Source of the DNA: Heterodontus francisci
Lineage: Eukaryota
Assembly (NCBI RefSeq): GCF_036365525.1
Contig: NC_090383.1
Coordinates: 13,397,126-13,461,125, forward strand
Direction of reading: 5' to 3'
Length of the DNA: 64,000 nt
Part shown: positions 11,526 through 24,110 of the stretch, one piece after another
Position numbering within the stretch: the first letter of the stretch is position 1
Layout of the letters: every line of letters starts with the position of its first letter
The notes under the pieces: model-generated
Told to the model about the DNA's origin: nothing
Seen by the model: only the letters and a program-made list of their open reading frames with translations
Databases searched by the model: none
Position numbers and translations under genes: made by a program

Positions 11526-13028
11526 ATACCTGTGCAGCTGCTTTGCAGGGGTCAACTGATGGATGCAGTATGTTGTAAGTAAATGGTTCCTCCACCTTCC
11601 TGGTGTCTGTCTCAACTTACTATGGCATATCTATAGAAACAGCAGATGAACCAGTATTACAATGTGTTCAAAACAATGCCTAAGACACAATATCCAGCTA
11701 AATGAGTGGCAGGAAAGCATTCATTGGTGCCAATGGGTGAGTGTCTGAATGGGAAGCAAATGATGGATAACTTTGGTACTAAGCCTGACCTGGATTCAGG
11801 CCGACTACATCCCAGCTCCTGCTTCCTTCACAGTCTCTCTTTCTTGCATCTGTAATGGCAACTCCACAGTGCAGTAAGGGAATATGGGGACCTCCTCGCT
11901 TGTGAGCTCCTTGTTATTTGCAGCTTTCTCCTGCCAGATCAGTGGAATGCATTAATTATTTTGTGAAAGTATTATGAAGTACAGGTGCTTCCAACATCGT
12001 GCTGATACTGTACATGGAAAGAGTTGTCCGGAGGTACAGAAGTGGAAGATGTAAGTAAAGAAGGGGTTGTTTGGAAAGGGAGGTGCAGGGAAGGTACCCG
12101 GGGTTATATAAACAACATAGAAACCACACAAGGATCATTAAGCCTGTGTGTAGGAGGAAATCCTTCATTCTAGTCATATTTTATCAATGATATTACAGTG
12201 ATGTCCCAATCTTGACACCGCATTCAGGACCACAACACTACTAACATTGGTGCTACCTGCCACCTCTTTCCAAGCAGCCTGACCCATTTGGAAAGGCGTC
12301 TTCCTTTGTTTGCCTCATCTGCTGACACAAAAGCCTTGAATTTAGCCCCCACACTGCGACTCCTGAACCTTGGTGGGCAGGATAGGATCCGATACTTATT
12401 GGATTGAACAACTCAGCACGACTCCCGGCCACAGGAGTACTCCCCTCAGATCTCATACAGAGGCCTTTGGCCTCCCCAGACTTGATCTCCCCAGCACCTG
12501 ATTGTGGTCCCCAGCTGTGGCCCCTTGTCACTAAATTTACACTTCTGTCCGACAACCAGACTGTCAATCTCGCAGGCTGTTGGGTGGGAGTGTGCATAGG
12601 ATTAATTAGAAATGAGACCCGACTGTTAAAGAGGAAAGCAAAATCGGGTGGAATGTAAAATGGGCACTGACGTGCCATTGTCCATTTGTGCCGTTGCCCA
12701 GGATGAATTTGTTCCACCCCGCCCATTTGGAGGCAAAATTGGCCAGGGCCCAAAAATGGACATGGGGATCACAATGCTGGATTATCCTGCATCTGTTGCT
12801 TCCAGTGCAACACAAATTTGGTGCTGCCTGCTAATTGAAATGATTGCAGTATGCAGCCAGCCCACGTGCACTGTTGAGTGGCTGCATGCCGCAGCAGGGG
12901 GAGCAAAACCGTGAGAAGGTAGCATGAGTTAAAGCTAGCTTGCATCTCTTAAAGGGCAGGTGCATTGTGGCTGGAGCGGGTGCTGGAAGTTATTCTAAAA
13001 GTGATTTTAAAGTGCGGAACACTTAATA

Positions 13029-14660
13029 ATGGCACAACAGGGCACAGAGTGGGATCCAAGATTTTCCGACACTGCACTTGAGGCCTTGGTGCAGGAGGTG
13101 GAGAGGAGGACAGAGATGATACATCACAGGAGGCCAGGAGGCCCTCCAGACAAGCTTTGCACAGGAAGTGGGAAGCCATGACGGTCAAAGCCAGGATCAG
13201 GATGCAGTGCTGCAAAAAGTTCAATGACCTCACACGAGTGGTCAAGGTCAGTGAATGTATCTTCAATTGCCTCATTCCGCCAACTGCACCATTGGCCTCA
13301 CGTTCTGCTCAATGCACCACACCACCGTCATGCCCTGAGCAACTATCTTTATCAATCACGACTCATACCTAACATTCATAACTTCACCTCATCCTCAAAC
13401 ACTTAGCATTGCTGAAAGCCTCACATCCACATTTCACAGTTTGCACACATGGCCAGCTATTCAACCATGACAGGCACATCACCCAAATACATTGCACCAC
13501 GCCCACAGACACACTTCTCCCTCACTTGCAGGACAAGGCGGCGCATAATCAGAGGCAACAGGAGCTAACCGGCAGGGGTACAGGTACCAGCTGCATTATC
13601 CTCGCCCCAATGGAGGAGACAGTGATTGCCATTATTGGAATGGTCATTGATGAGGTTAAGACCAGTGGCAAGGCTGAAACCATCAAAGATGACAGTATGC
13701 TCATACTTAATCTCCATCTCACATCCCACTTCCCTTTCATCCCACAATCTCTACTGATTTACAAGCTGCAGATGGTGTAAGCATACACCTCTTGCTTTCC
13801 CACCCTCCCCTCACCACAACCCTACCCTTGTCCCTTTCTCATTTCAGCTACCTAATAACTGCGACCAGGCCAGGCAGTGGTGGAAGAGCAAGAAGTGGAA
13901 GTGCAGGAAGACAATGATGAAGAAGAAACACCGTCACTCACTCTGAAACTCACAGCCACCAGGTTAGATGTTGACACTGCATACTTCAGTGAATAGCTTA
14001 GAGGCAAGTGGTGAGATACTGGGCATGAGTAGTCTGCAGGCAGGGCAGGGGACAAGGATAGTGTAGGTCCCAGTTTTCTGGAGGATGTGGTTGCCCACGA
14101 GTGCTGCTCCAGAGGACTCAGGTGAGCACTTTGATGGGGCTGGCTACAGAAGAAGTCTGATGGTGATATACAATGAAATGCTTGGTGTATTGGCGGGCCT
14201 GGCAGAAAGCCTGCATGCAATGTCAACGACCATGGAGGAGTCAGGCACCAATTCGGCACAGGGTTTTATACAGAAATTGGAGCCCATCCTTTCCAGTGTG
14301 GAAGTGTTGGCCAACTCCTTTCGCACACTATGGACCCAACCACGATACAACGTCTGACGTCCAATGTTTCAGCTTCCATTGCAGCACAAGCAAAAGCCAC
14401 CCAACAACTGAGTGCTGTTGCCATTATGGCTGTGGATACAAGTGCTTAAAGGGGCTTTGCAGGTTGTCACAACAGCCCAGCAATTAGTCTCCAACCGATT
14501 ACTAGGATTGCTGAGGCACCGTCCCGTGGAGCAGCAGTGACTCTGTGGAGCACGAACCTACTGCCCTCTCTTTGGATGATAGCTTTCATCCTCCCACCAC
14601 TGCCATTCCACCATTGCTCTTGCTGTTGCCTGCCAGCCAGGCCGAGAATTTGTGTTGGCT
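13029..14660 (+). pseudogene. Harbinger Myb/SANT-like DNA-binding gene, intron-containing and decayed
   Basis: ATG at 13029 gives MAQQGTEWDPRFSDTALEALVQEVERR; after a frameshift KWEAM..RMQCCKKFNDLTRVVK; donor after 13246, acceptors at 13531 and 13847. Confidence 0.7.
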
Positions 14661-14759
14661 TTTGTTTTTGCATTGTAGCCAAACAGACGCTGTGATGGTC
14701 AGTAACAAAGGGAAGGTGAGGTGTGGGAGTGGTGGTGAATGGAGAATTGGGATACTGTC

Positions 14760-15850
14760 TACTGGTATCGCAGTCAGATGTATCGTTCATGGACAACCTG
14801 GCCAGGAAAGAGCTGGCCTCCTTCCTTCCTCTTCCTCCTCCTTTTCCTCCTCGTCCTGCTCCTCAGCCACAGGCCATATAGCTGATAGCAAGGGCTGTGT
14901 CCTCACGATGACAGTGTTGTACAGCATGTAGCAAACCACTACAAATCTGGATATGCACTCTGTCGAGTACTGAAGGGCGTCTCCAGAGCAGTGAAGGCAG
15001 CAGAAGTTGGTTCAGCAGGCCAATGGTCTGGTCTATCACATTTCTGTGTCAGCATGACTTTCATTGTATGCATGCTGCCCAGATGTGCAAGGGTTGTCGT
15101 CCCTTGATGTCCAGTAGTCCATCCTATGGTTTTTCTCTGGGTGGCTCAAATGCAGATGGCACAGCGGACTGCAGCGGAATGAATCTTCATGACTGCTGCC
15201 AGCTTACTAGGCATTGACCTGCATAACACTCTGCATATGGCCGCACAGCCTCTATTCTTTACCTGCTGCAGGCCTTCACATATGCATTTATCAGCATTTT
15301 CAAACAGACAAGCAACTAGTGGCGGATATTAATCATACCTGGTGCTTGCCCATTCTGTGCAAATGTGCTGAATTCAGAAATACAAATGGGTTGAGCCAAG
15401 TTCATTGAGGAAGTGGAACCTTCTCAGTTGCAGTACATCTCAGAGATGACACGCAGTGCCCACAAAGCAATGCGCAGGCAATCAATGGCACCCTGCACAA
15501 TGGGGAAGCCTGCAATCCTTGTGAAACCATGTGCTCACTCCGCCTGCTTCTCTCTGGCAAGAGAGAATAAAATGTATTCAGCCCTCTTGGAATACAGAGC
15601 TTCAATGCCCTCCTTTATGTAACCGTGAACAGCATAGTAGGAGATGTTAAAATACTGCCTGTACCAACTTGGAAGGAGTTCATTGCCACAGTCACCTTCA
15701 CAGCCACTGGTAATGCTATCCTTGACCTGCTCTGAGGTTGTTGCTGTGGCTGGAACTGGTGGCAGATTTCAGTGAGGACATCCTTACGGAAGCACAGATG
15801 ACTGACACACTATTCCTTGCTGAGGTTCAGGTTGGAGAATTGCTCCCTGA
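14760..15850 (-). pseudogene. Harbinger (HARBI1-like) DDE transposase remnant
   Basis: Minus-strand translation gives GFPIVQGAIDCLRIA near 15460-15505 and GSSHEDSF near 15180-15200; acidic tail at 14815-14860. Confidence 0.75.
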
Positions 15851-15857
15851 ACACTCT

Positions 15858-16452
15858 GGGCGGTGGTATAGTGGTAATGTCACTGAACTAGGAATCCAGA
15901 GGCCCAAGCTAATCTCCAGAGGGCATGGGTTCAAATACATTATAAATTGCCCCTAGTATAGGTAGGTGGTAGGGAAATATATAGGGACAGGTGGGGATGT
16001 GATAGGAATATGGGATTAGTGTCAGATTAGTATAAATGGGTGGTTGATGGTCGGCACAGACTCGGTGGGCCGAAGGGCCTGTTTCAGTGCTGTATCTCTA
16101 AACTAAACTAAACTAAACCACCATGGCAGCTGGTGGAATTTGAAATTAATTCATAAATTCAACTAGTTAATAAAAATCTAGAATTGAAAGCTAGTCTCAG
16201 TAATGGCGCCATGAAACTATCATCAATTGCCATAAAAACCCATCTGGTTTACTAATGTCCTTTAGGGAAGGAAATCTGCTCTCCTTACCTGGTCTGGCCT
16301 ACATGTGACGACAGACCCACTGCAATGTGGTTGACTCTTAACTGCCCCCTGAAATAGCCTAGCAAGCCATTCAGTTGTTAAGGGCAATTAGAGATGGGCA
16401 ACAAATGCTGGTCTTGCCAATGACGCCCACATCCCATGAAAGAATAAAATAA
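15858..16452 (+). mobile_element. tRNA-headed SINE (derivative of the 38345-41590 LINE), interrupted by an HE1 fragment
   Basis: A box TGGTATAGTGG and B box GGTTCAAAT; body matches the reverse complement of 41268-41590 and joins directly to the LINE 3' tail AAGGGCAATTAG..CCCACATCCCATGAA. Confidence 0.85.
15938..16117 (+). mobile_element. 5'-truncated HE1 (V-SINE) copy
   Basis: Nearly identical to the reverse complement of 60021-60203; (CTAAA)n tail. Confidence 0.9.
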
Positions 16453-17994
16453 GGCCCCTCTTTCTGCCCCCCACCTCCCCCCCCCACCCTTGTCCTACTC
16501 TGTGTTGCTTGTGCTCATTCTCCCTGTCATGCTATAGTCCAAGGGGAATGCATGACTGCACTCATGACTTGGAGCAAGTGGTTGCGCAGAATCTTTGAAG
16601 TCAGGACAAAGTCCTTCAGCAAGTACCTACACCACTCCTTGTAGACTTTAGCAACTTTGAAGAACTCAAGATACCACCAAACATAGCTACAATCAGAGCC
16701 AGTAGCAATCAATCAGCAACTAACCTGTAAGTAGTTCATGAATCCTTTAATAATACTGGTTATGGGGGAAAGGGGACCTTCTTGCTGCTGAACACTTGTT
16801 CAGCAGTGTGTGTTCAAGAGACGATGCTAGCTGGGGTGTTAAGCATTAAAATGGCATCACAGGCCAGGCATCAAATCATTGTTACATGCTGACTGACATC
16901 ACAATCTGCCTACTTTGCATACAGGGCGCCTGGCATGGCTCACAACAGAAGTGTGGGTGTGTGTGGATGCCATTTCGGAGCCAGAATGGCACTCGTAGCA
17001 CTGGAAAAATGGGTGTAAGGAACCACATTTTACAACCTCTATTTTTAGCTGCTGCAGGCCTTCACGCATGCATTTTTCAGCATTTTCAAATAGACAAGCA
17101 ACTAGTGGCAGATACTAATCATATCTGGTGCTTGCCCATTCTGTGCAAATGTGCTGATTTCAGAAATAAAAATGGGTTGAGCATAGGTCATAATGTTTGC
17201 ACTCATCTGATTTATGTCAAGGCACCGGGTCAAAACTAAGCTTAGCTCCATCAATCTCAGTTCTCACTTGTTCTATGTACCACACAGGTTTAATAGTCTC
17301 ACTGGTTATTAACTGATAAATCACCTTCCAAACTATAGGACCTAACCTGAGTGACTGTTCCACAGATTTTTCCCAATTGTTACTGTAATGAACAGGTAGG
17401 ACAATGGAGCCAAGTTCATTGCTATAAAATTACTTCTGCAATCAACACATTCACTGTTTGGCTCAAACCCAGTGCTGTGAGGGAAACATTTGATCAATTT
17501 CTATACACTATGTATAATTATTTATCCCCCACTTATTCTGAGGCGACCACGAAGGAGATTCGCACAAATCCACTAAGTGGCTTTGATTCTGAATCAAATT
17601 ATGAAGTTGGCTTCGACCTTGTATTTTACTGACTTACAGCTCTCACATCTACTGACAACTTCTCTTGCTGCCAAAATTGCTTCAAACTTTTCTGCCTTTC
17701 CCACAGTAATATGCCAAATTTTAAAGATTAACGTTCAATAAATTTGGCTCGTCAAATTCTCCAAAGAAACCAATCCGTCAGCAGGGTTTATAAAATGTGG
17801 GAGAACTATTTTGATAATATGTCTGATTTTCATAAGGATGCATATTGGGAAATATTACTGTAGAACAACAGAGATGCACTTGGGACTCCTGGCATGCATT
17901 GTGATTGAATAAAAGACTGTTGTTGATGTATCTATTCCTCTTATGCTGAAGCAGGGTGACAAGTAGTGCATTAATATATCAGTGCCTCATTTAG

Positions 17995-18297
17995 TATAAG
18001 AACATAACAAATAAGAACAGGAGCAGACCGTTCAGCCCCTCGAGCCTGCTCCGCCATTCAATACGATCACGACTGATGTTCTGCCTCAACTCCATTTTCC
18101 TGCCCACTCCCCGTATCTCTTGAATCCCTGAGAGACCAAAACTCTGTCTATCCCAGCTTTAAATATATTCAACGATGGAGTATCCACAACCCTCTAGGGT
18201 AGGGAATTCCAAAAATTCGCAACCCTCTGAGTGAAGAAATTTCTCCTCATCTCCGTCCTAAATGATTGACCCCTTATCCTGAATCTGTGTCCCCCAT
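17995..18297 (-). mobile_element. CR1-type LINE 3' end
   Basis: GHRFRIRGQSFRTEMRRNFFTQRVANFWNSLP plus the CR1 3' UTR. Confidence 0.85.
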
Positions 18298-18446
18298 GTA
18301 TGTAGATGGATGATAGATCACATAAAAACAATAAAACCATTTCATACATTAACGGCCAACAACTCTCAATACTGTTTAAAAGAAGCATTTGCTCTCAACA
18401 ATGCCTCTTCAGTAGTAATGAGTGCCAGGCAATAGTTTCTGTCTTG

Positions 18447-18845
18447 GGAACATAGGAATATTAGGAGCAGGGTTGGCACATTCAACCTCTTGAGCCTACT
18501 CTGCTAGTCAATTAGATCATGGCTGATCCCCACCTCAACTCCATTGATCCACCTTAGCTCAATATTTCTATACCCTCACCATCAAAAATCAATCTATCTC
18601 AGTTTTGAAAGCTTGAATTGTCCCAGCATCCACAGCCTTTTGGGCGGGGGAAGGGTAGGGTGGCGGATTCCAGATTTCTACTACCCTATGTGTGTGAAAA
18701 AATGATCTTGATTTCACCCTGAACGGCCAAACTCTAATATTAACATTGTCTCCCGTCTATCCTAGATCTAGCCTAGCAATTCCATTTAACATTTTAAACA
18801 CCTTGATCGGATAACCCTCACCAATCTTCTACACTCAAGGGAATT
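18447..18845 (-). mobile_element. Older CR1-type 3' fragment
   Basis: Degenerate similarity to 17995-18297 and 28429-28800. Confidence 0.6.
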
Positions 18846-21281
18846 GATTGTGTCAGCAGTACATCTGCTGACCTGAAGATCTAGGTCTTGATACTACTGG
18901 ATTCTCCTCATTTTAACTGGTTTCCCCAGTAACCTGTATTGTGATTGGGAGCTATTGTATTTTAGCTCCCACTGCTCGTTAACTGAAGGAAGTGTCTTCA
19001 GCTTTCAAACATGTTTTTGAATTGTGTTTTTTACATCCTGGAGTCCATATAATGAGTCACCAGTTTTCCCACAAAAGGACATTATTTACAGCAAGTAAAA
19101 AAATACTGGAAACACTTAAGACAATACTATGAAATGGCGATTAAGTTGGTATGGTTCATTCAAGGCAAGTTCCACTGAGGTAACATGTCACTTCGGAGAA
19201 CTGGTGGGTGCTACTGGTTCTCCACGGAAGCAACAACAACAACTTGCATTTATGTAGCACCTTTAACATAATAAAATGTCCCAAAGCGCAGACATGTACA
19301 GTGAATTCCATGAAAACATGTAATTCAACAGAGAGGTTTTCCAATATTCAGTTCCTGGAATACCTTTGAATCTATACACAGGCCAGAAAGGGGGTGGGTT
19401 TCTGTGGAGGTTCTCCTGCTTGTATGCTATAAAATCAGCATAAGAGCCGGGGGAAATGCCAGAAGACGGTATAATCACCATTTGTGCCATTTTTCCAGGT
19501 TTCCATGGTCCTTCCACTGAGATTATGGTGGACAAGTGGGAGGTGTCCACTGGGAATTCAGTCCCTGGATCTATTATAACTGCAAATACTGCACTTGTCA
19601 TCTAATCAATTGAGAACATTCAATCTCTGCCATTGTCCTAATGATTTAAATTGCTTGTTTGTTCTGCTTCTGTTGCATTATAACTTGTACAAATATAACT
19701 TCAATGAGATTTCTATTTATGTACTATTAAGTGATGTTTCTCTTAGCAACCAGACATCATAGTAACCAGGTATCGATGTTTCCTTATTTAACATTACTTG
19801 AAAACTTAGCCTTTTGTGTACCATGGTCCCATAATTCTTTGGGTTGCAATCCTTGGTGGTTATGTCAGGATCACACTAATCAGTGCCCTCCAGAATTGAC
19901 TCACCTACAGTTTGAAGGGCCAGCAGGAGGGCACTGCATGTACATGGGTCAGGTGGTTGCAAGTGCCACTTTGAATGCATCTCTGATGCTACTCTGCCCA
20001 TGCCAGCTGTAGTGAGGAGAGGCTGACCAGGCCCCCTCACTGACCCTGCTAGTGGTCCTATTGGCTCCTGAAAGGAGTAGTGTGGGGGAGAGGGGAACGG
20101 TGGTGGAACAATTTGCCACAGATTTCTTGCCTGGAGAATGACCCTTGGCATAAGGTAAGTGTTGGGGCAGTTCCCAACCACGTGGCAATTTGGTTGGAGT
20201 GGGTGTGGGATGGGGAAATGAATGGGCAGGGGAGGATGGCCCAAGGGCTCCTTCCAGGACCCAGAGGAGGAGTACTGCTCTTCTTGGCCAACAAGGAAGC
20301 CTCCCAAACATTTTATAAACAAAACTTATCTTGTCCTCTCTGGCTATTCTACTGCTTCCCACCACATGTGTCTGGTAGGTTTGCCATCGGGCAGGCCTCC
20401 CCCACTGAATCATCATTAAAATAGCGTTGCAGGGTTGATGATATCATCAGGCCAAGACATTTATATCACAATTCACAGAGTGACTATTGACACCTCTGTG
20501 CCAGCCAATGAATTGGAGGCAGGGCAGGATTTACAGAAGGACTCACAGCAAACAGTCTATTTTACATCAAGCAAAGTCTATTTAGCCAGCAAAGAATCTG
20601 TTTAAGTAGCATATTACTGCAAATAGCCTGCAGAGTCTATTTAAAAAGCATATAATAGAGCTAAAGCAAACAGAATTCGTCATTAAAACTGCAACAACGA
20701 TTCCCGATAAAAGCAGGGTGATTTTTCCAGCAAAATGCCGTGAACGGAGGATAGTTACACACAATGATGTGCATAAAATCAATCCCATTCACTTACAACA
20801 TTGTGTTCTCCATTTCGTCTGGAAATAGTGGTATCCCTATACACAGCCTACAATTCGGCCCAGTCTTGCCTGCAACCGTTTTCTTTCTCTGCATACATTT
20901 TGTTGCAAAAAAAAAGCTTAGGACACACTTTTTAGTGAGGTTTGCAGATAGCTTCCATTGAGAAGCATAAGCGTCGAAAGGTTTGCTCTCAACCAGCACC
21001 GTCATCAAGAGCTACATGACTGCTGCAGTGGAATCTAGTTCTGTGTGCAAAGTAGGCACAAGGGTGATTGTTGGGGTCCTCCACCAATTTCTAACATATG
21101 GATGTCCTCACGTGTTTCCAGGTGAAGGCTTCCCATAACCATCATCATTGCAGAGTCCTCCCAATTCCAAGGAGTTATTGTGCAAGGATCTGTGGAAGGA
21201 GCAGAGGAAAGAGAATTTGGAGTTGTGCTTTCATTGGTGCCTGTACAGACTCTCTTGTCTGGTACTATGGTGGCACACAGT

Positions 21282-22033
21282 GGGCTGAATTTTATCAGCC
21301 CTCTAGGGATGTGCAGGGAGGTGGGGGTGGGGGGGCCATAAAATAATGAGGGAGGGTAGGAGGGTGGAGTACCTACCTACCTGTTGCCTTCTAACACCAT
21401 TCAATTTTGTCAGGGATGGGGAAGACCGAGGACTATCTTCACGCCCAGAGGCCAATTGATGCCCTTAAATGGCCAATTAATGGCTACTTAAGGGCCTCTT
21501 TCTGCCAATGCTGGTATTTTTCCAGCGGCTGGTGGGAGTCCTGCCACACGAGGTGGTCATCCAGAAACACCAGGCGGCCTCCCTGTGGGCTGGTGAGCAG
21601 GGGCTCTCCTGATGGTGCAGTCTGTGGCCCACGGAGGGCCCATGGCAGCAAAGGCTGCCCTGTGCCAACCCCACCGCACTCCTTGCCAGGGCTTGCCTGG
21701 CAAGCCTGCCCCACTTATCTGCTCTCCGAGGCTGCAGGCTGCTCCTGGTCCTGGGCCTTATGCAGTCCCAGCACTGGTCACCACTCCCAGTGGTGCTGCT
21801 GGCATTGGTGAGCTGCCTCTGATAGGCTGGTAGCTCATGGAGGCAGGATCCCCATCTTTAAAGGGACGAGGATCCCGATGCTGGGCAGTTACCTGATGAC
21901 AATACCGAGGCCAGGCAGTTAACTGCCCGAGTGCTGTAAAATGCAGCTAGATGTTCCTCAGAATGGCCGAGGTGGGGTTCCCTTTGCCTTTCTGGCCCAG
22001 AGTTGGGACCACCACCTCCTGCATAAAATCCAG
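21282..22033. mobile_element. PIF/Harbinger-type MITE
   Basis: Termini GGGCTGAATTTTAT and ATAAAATCCAG; internal AATTAATGGC/CCCTTAA motifs shared with 33090-33872. Confidence 0.7.
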
Positions 22034-24110
22034 TGTATTTCAGGTTACTTTTGTTGGTATGCACTCCAACCTGAAATATTCTGACTCGTCTTTCTTTTCT
22101 CTTTTTCTAGGGTCTTGTCAATGCGAGGCAGTATCATTTTCTGTAATGAACACCTTGGGGTTCTGGAGACACATGGCTCCAACATACAGGAGTCTAGCCT
22201 TACTGGATTTGACAAGTGTGGTGTGGTGGGGGGGTGGGGGGGGTTGGTGGTGCGGGGTGCAGGGGTGTTGAGGGGGGAGGCGGCGGGGGGTTGCAGTCAG
22301 CTTGATTGGCTTCATGCCCATTAATAATACGTTATGGTCTGTTCTCATGCAAATAACCCTGTAGGAATGTCCAGTACCTGGGCTACAGCAGGAGATAGGG
22401 TAGATGAGACTGCTTCCTTTTAGATGACCACACATCTGTCTAAACTAGCCTAAGAAATAAGGAAGTGTCAGTTAGTGTGCCGGCACCGGTCACCACTACT
22501 TTCTTGGACATGGCTACAATTACAGCAAGGTCTCTTCACTTCCTCTGCAGTACAACACCACCTCCATCTCTTAGCGTTCACAATGTACACCACCGGCCTC
22601 CCACTCCATTTGATCCTCTCACTGAAGGAGCATTTAGACATAATAGGTTAGGCAGCAGAAGAAGCACTTGTTACAGACGCACCAATGAGGACTATAGTAT
22701 TAAGCAGACTGTTATGTAATTCTTTCCTGCATTAGAGCAGTGTACACTTCATAAGCACTTAATTTATTGTAAAACACTTTGGGAGAACCTGAGGTCATGA
22801 AAGGCACAATTTAAATTCTTTCTTTTTTCTTTCATTATATCACCAAATAAATTTGGAGCATTTTATTTTCCAGTAACGTGGACAGTTTTTGTTCGAGAGG
22901 GCTATGCTAAGGAAACAAATGATGATAGGAAAGTGCAAGATAGCAGCTAAATGACAGCAAATGAAAATGGACAGCACGCTGTTTCTGAGAACACTGAGTG
23001 ATTTCACATTTGACTGCAATACTTGCTCAGGATCCAGATCTGGGAATTATTGGAAGCAGTTCTCAGTGAGCGCCTTCTGAAATCAATCTCTCTCATTGCA
23101 ACTTTACTGCCCCCATTTTCTTCTCCTTTTGCTCTTCGGCCCCATTTTCTATTGCTGGACTGAGGTGGGTGGTAGGGGTGCTCCATTTCACCCTGCTTAG
23201 TCCTCTTTGTATTGACAAGTTATGCAACATTTGATAGGCTGGGATTATTTTGGGCACCTCCACTGGACTAGAGAGAAAGACCTCAGCTGAGTGATCCAGA
23301 TTCCTTGCTTTGCAATCCCAATAATGTCTTCACAGTAATCCTGGCTGAGGTCCAGGATTACAATACGGTTTCTATGCAATGGAATACGTGTTAAATGGAA
23401 AGCTATATCTATGTGATCAGAGATGTGAAAGCTTTTAATTCTGACATTGTTACAGTGGAAAGTGACAAGGGCAGCAAGTAAATCAAATGCTTCTGGTACT
23501 TTTCAGTGCTTAATCTGTCATAGTGTGTGTCAAATGAGACTTTGAAGGGGCCAAGAGCTTTCTTCTGACATCCTGTCCATTTGTGAACATCATGGTAATG
23601 GCATAATAAAGTGGCAATGCAAATATCGGACCCTCAAAATTGATCAACTCTGACCCAAGGGGGAAGCAGCTCTGGCTTTCCCATCATGTAACAGCAAGTG
23701 CGGTGTGAATTGGCCACTCGAGGTAAGTTTGTTTGCTTCCCTTTGTGGGGACAGGAGGGGCATGACCCCAAATCCCCTATATCCGTATTGTGAGATCCCC
23801 TCACATTCCCCCTCCCCCCGCACCTCCCATCAGAGCAGCAGTTCCTTGGCCATCCCGAATTTCAGCATTCACCTCCCATCCACTTCCCCCATGTTCCAGA
23901 CCAGAATTCAGCCGGTATTATGTTAGTGAGCTTCGGTGGTTAAAATCGTCATGGTTTTACACTGCTGCAGGTGGCTTGAACCTTAACTCAAACCAGCTAC
24001 AAAGCTCCTGACAGTTAAAATCCCACCCCTCCCAAGTATCCATTTTCAATTCTATCTGAACTTTGTACTGAATCTTGTGGTCTGATTATTTTTCAATAGT
24101 AACAGGAGAT

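Larger units (their letters stand above)
12700..17037. mobile_element. Decayed two-gene PIF/Harbinger transposon (Myb/SANT-like gene on +, transposase on -)
   Basis: Convergent Myb-like and DDE transposase remnants; degenerate termini GGATGAATTT and ATTTTACAACC. Confidence 0.7.

Noticed and set aside
19263-19601. 112-aa ORF
   Set aside because: No recognisable domain; it overlaps an L2 tail and a weakly palindromic segment that is probably an old MITE.
22223-22292. G-rich tract as a regulatory G-quadruplex
   Set aside because: Similar G/C runs occur throughout the Harbinger MITEs; nothing indicates function.
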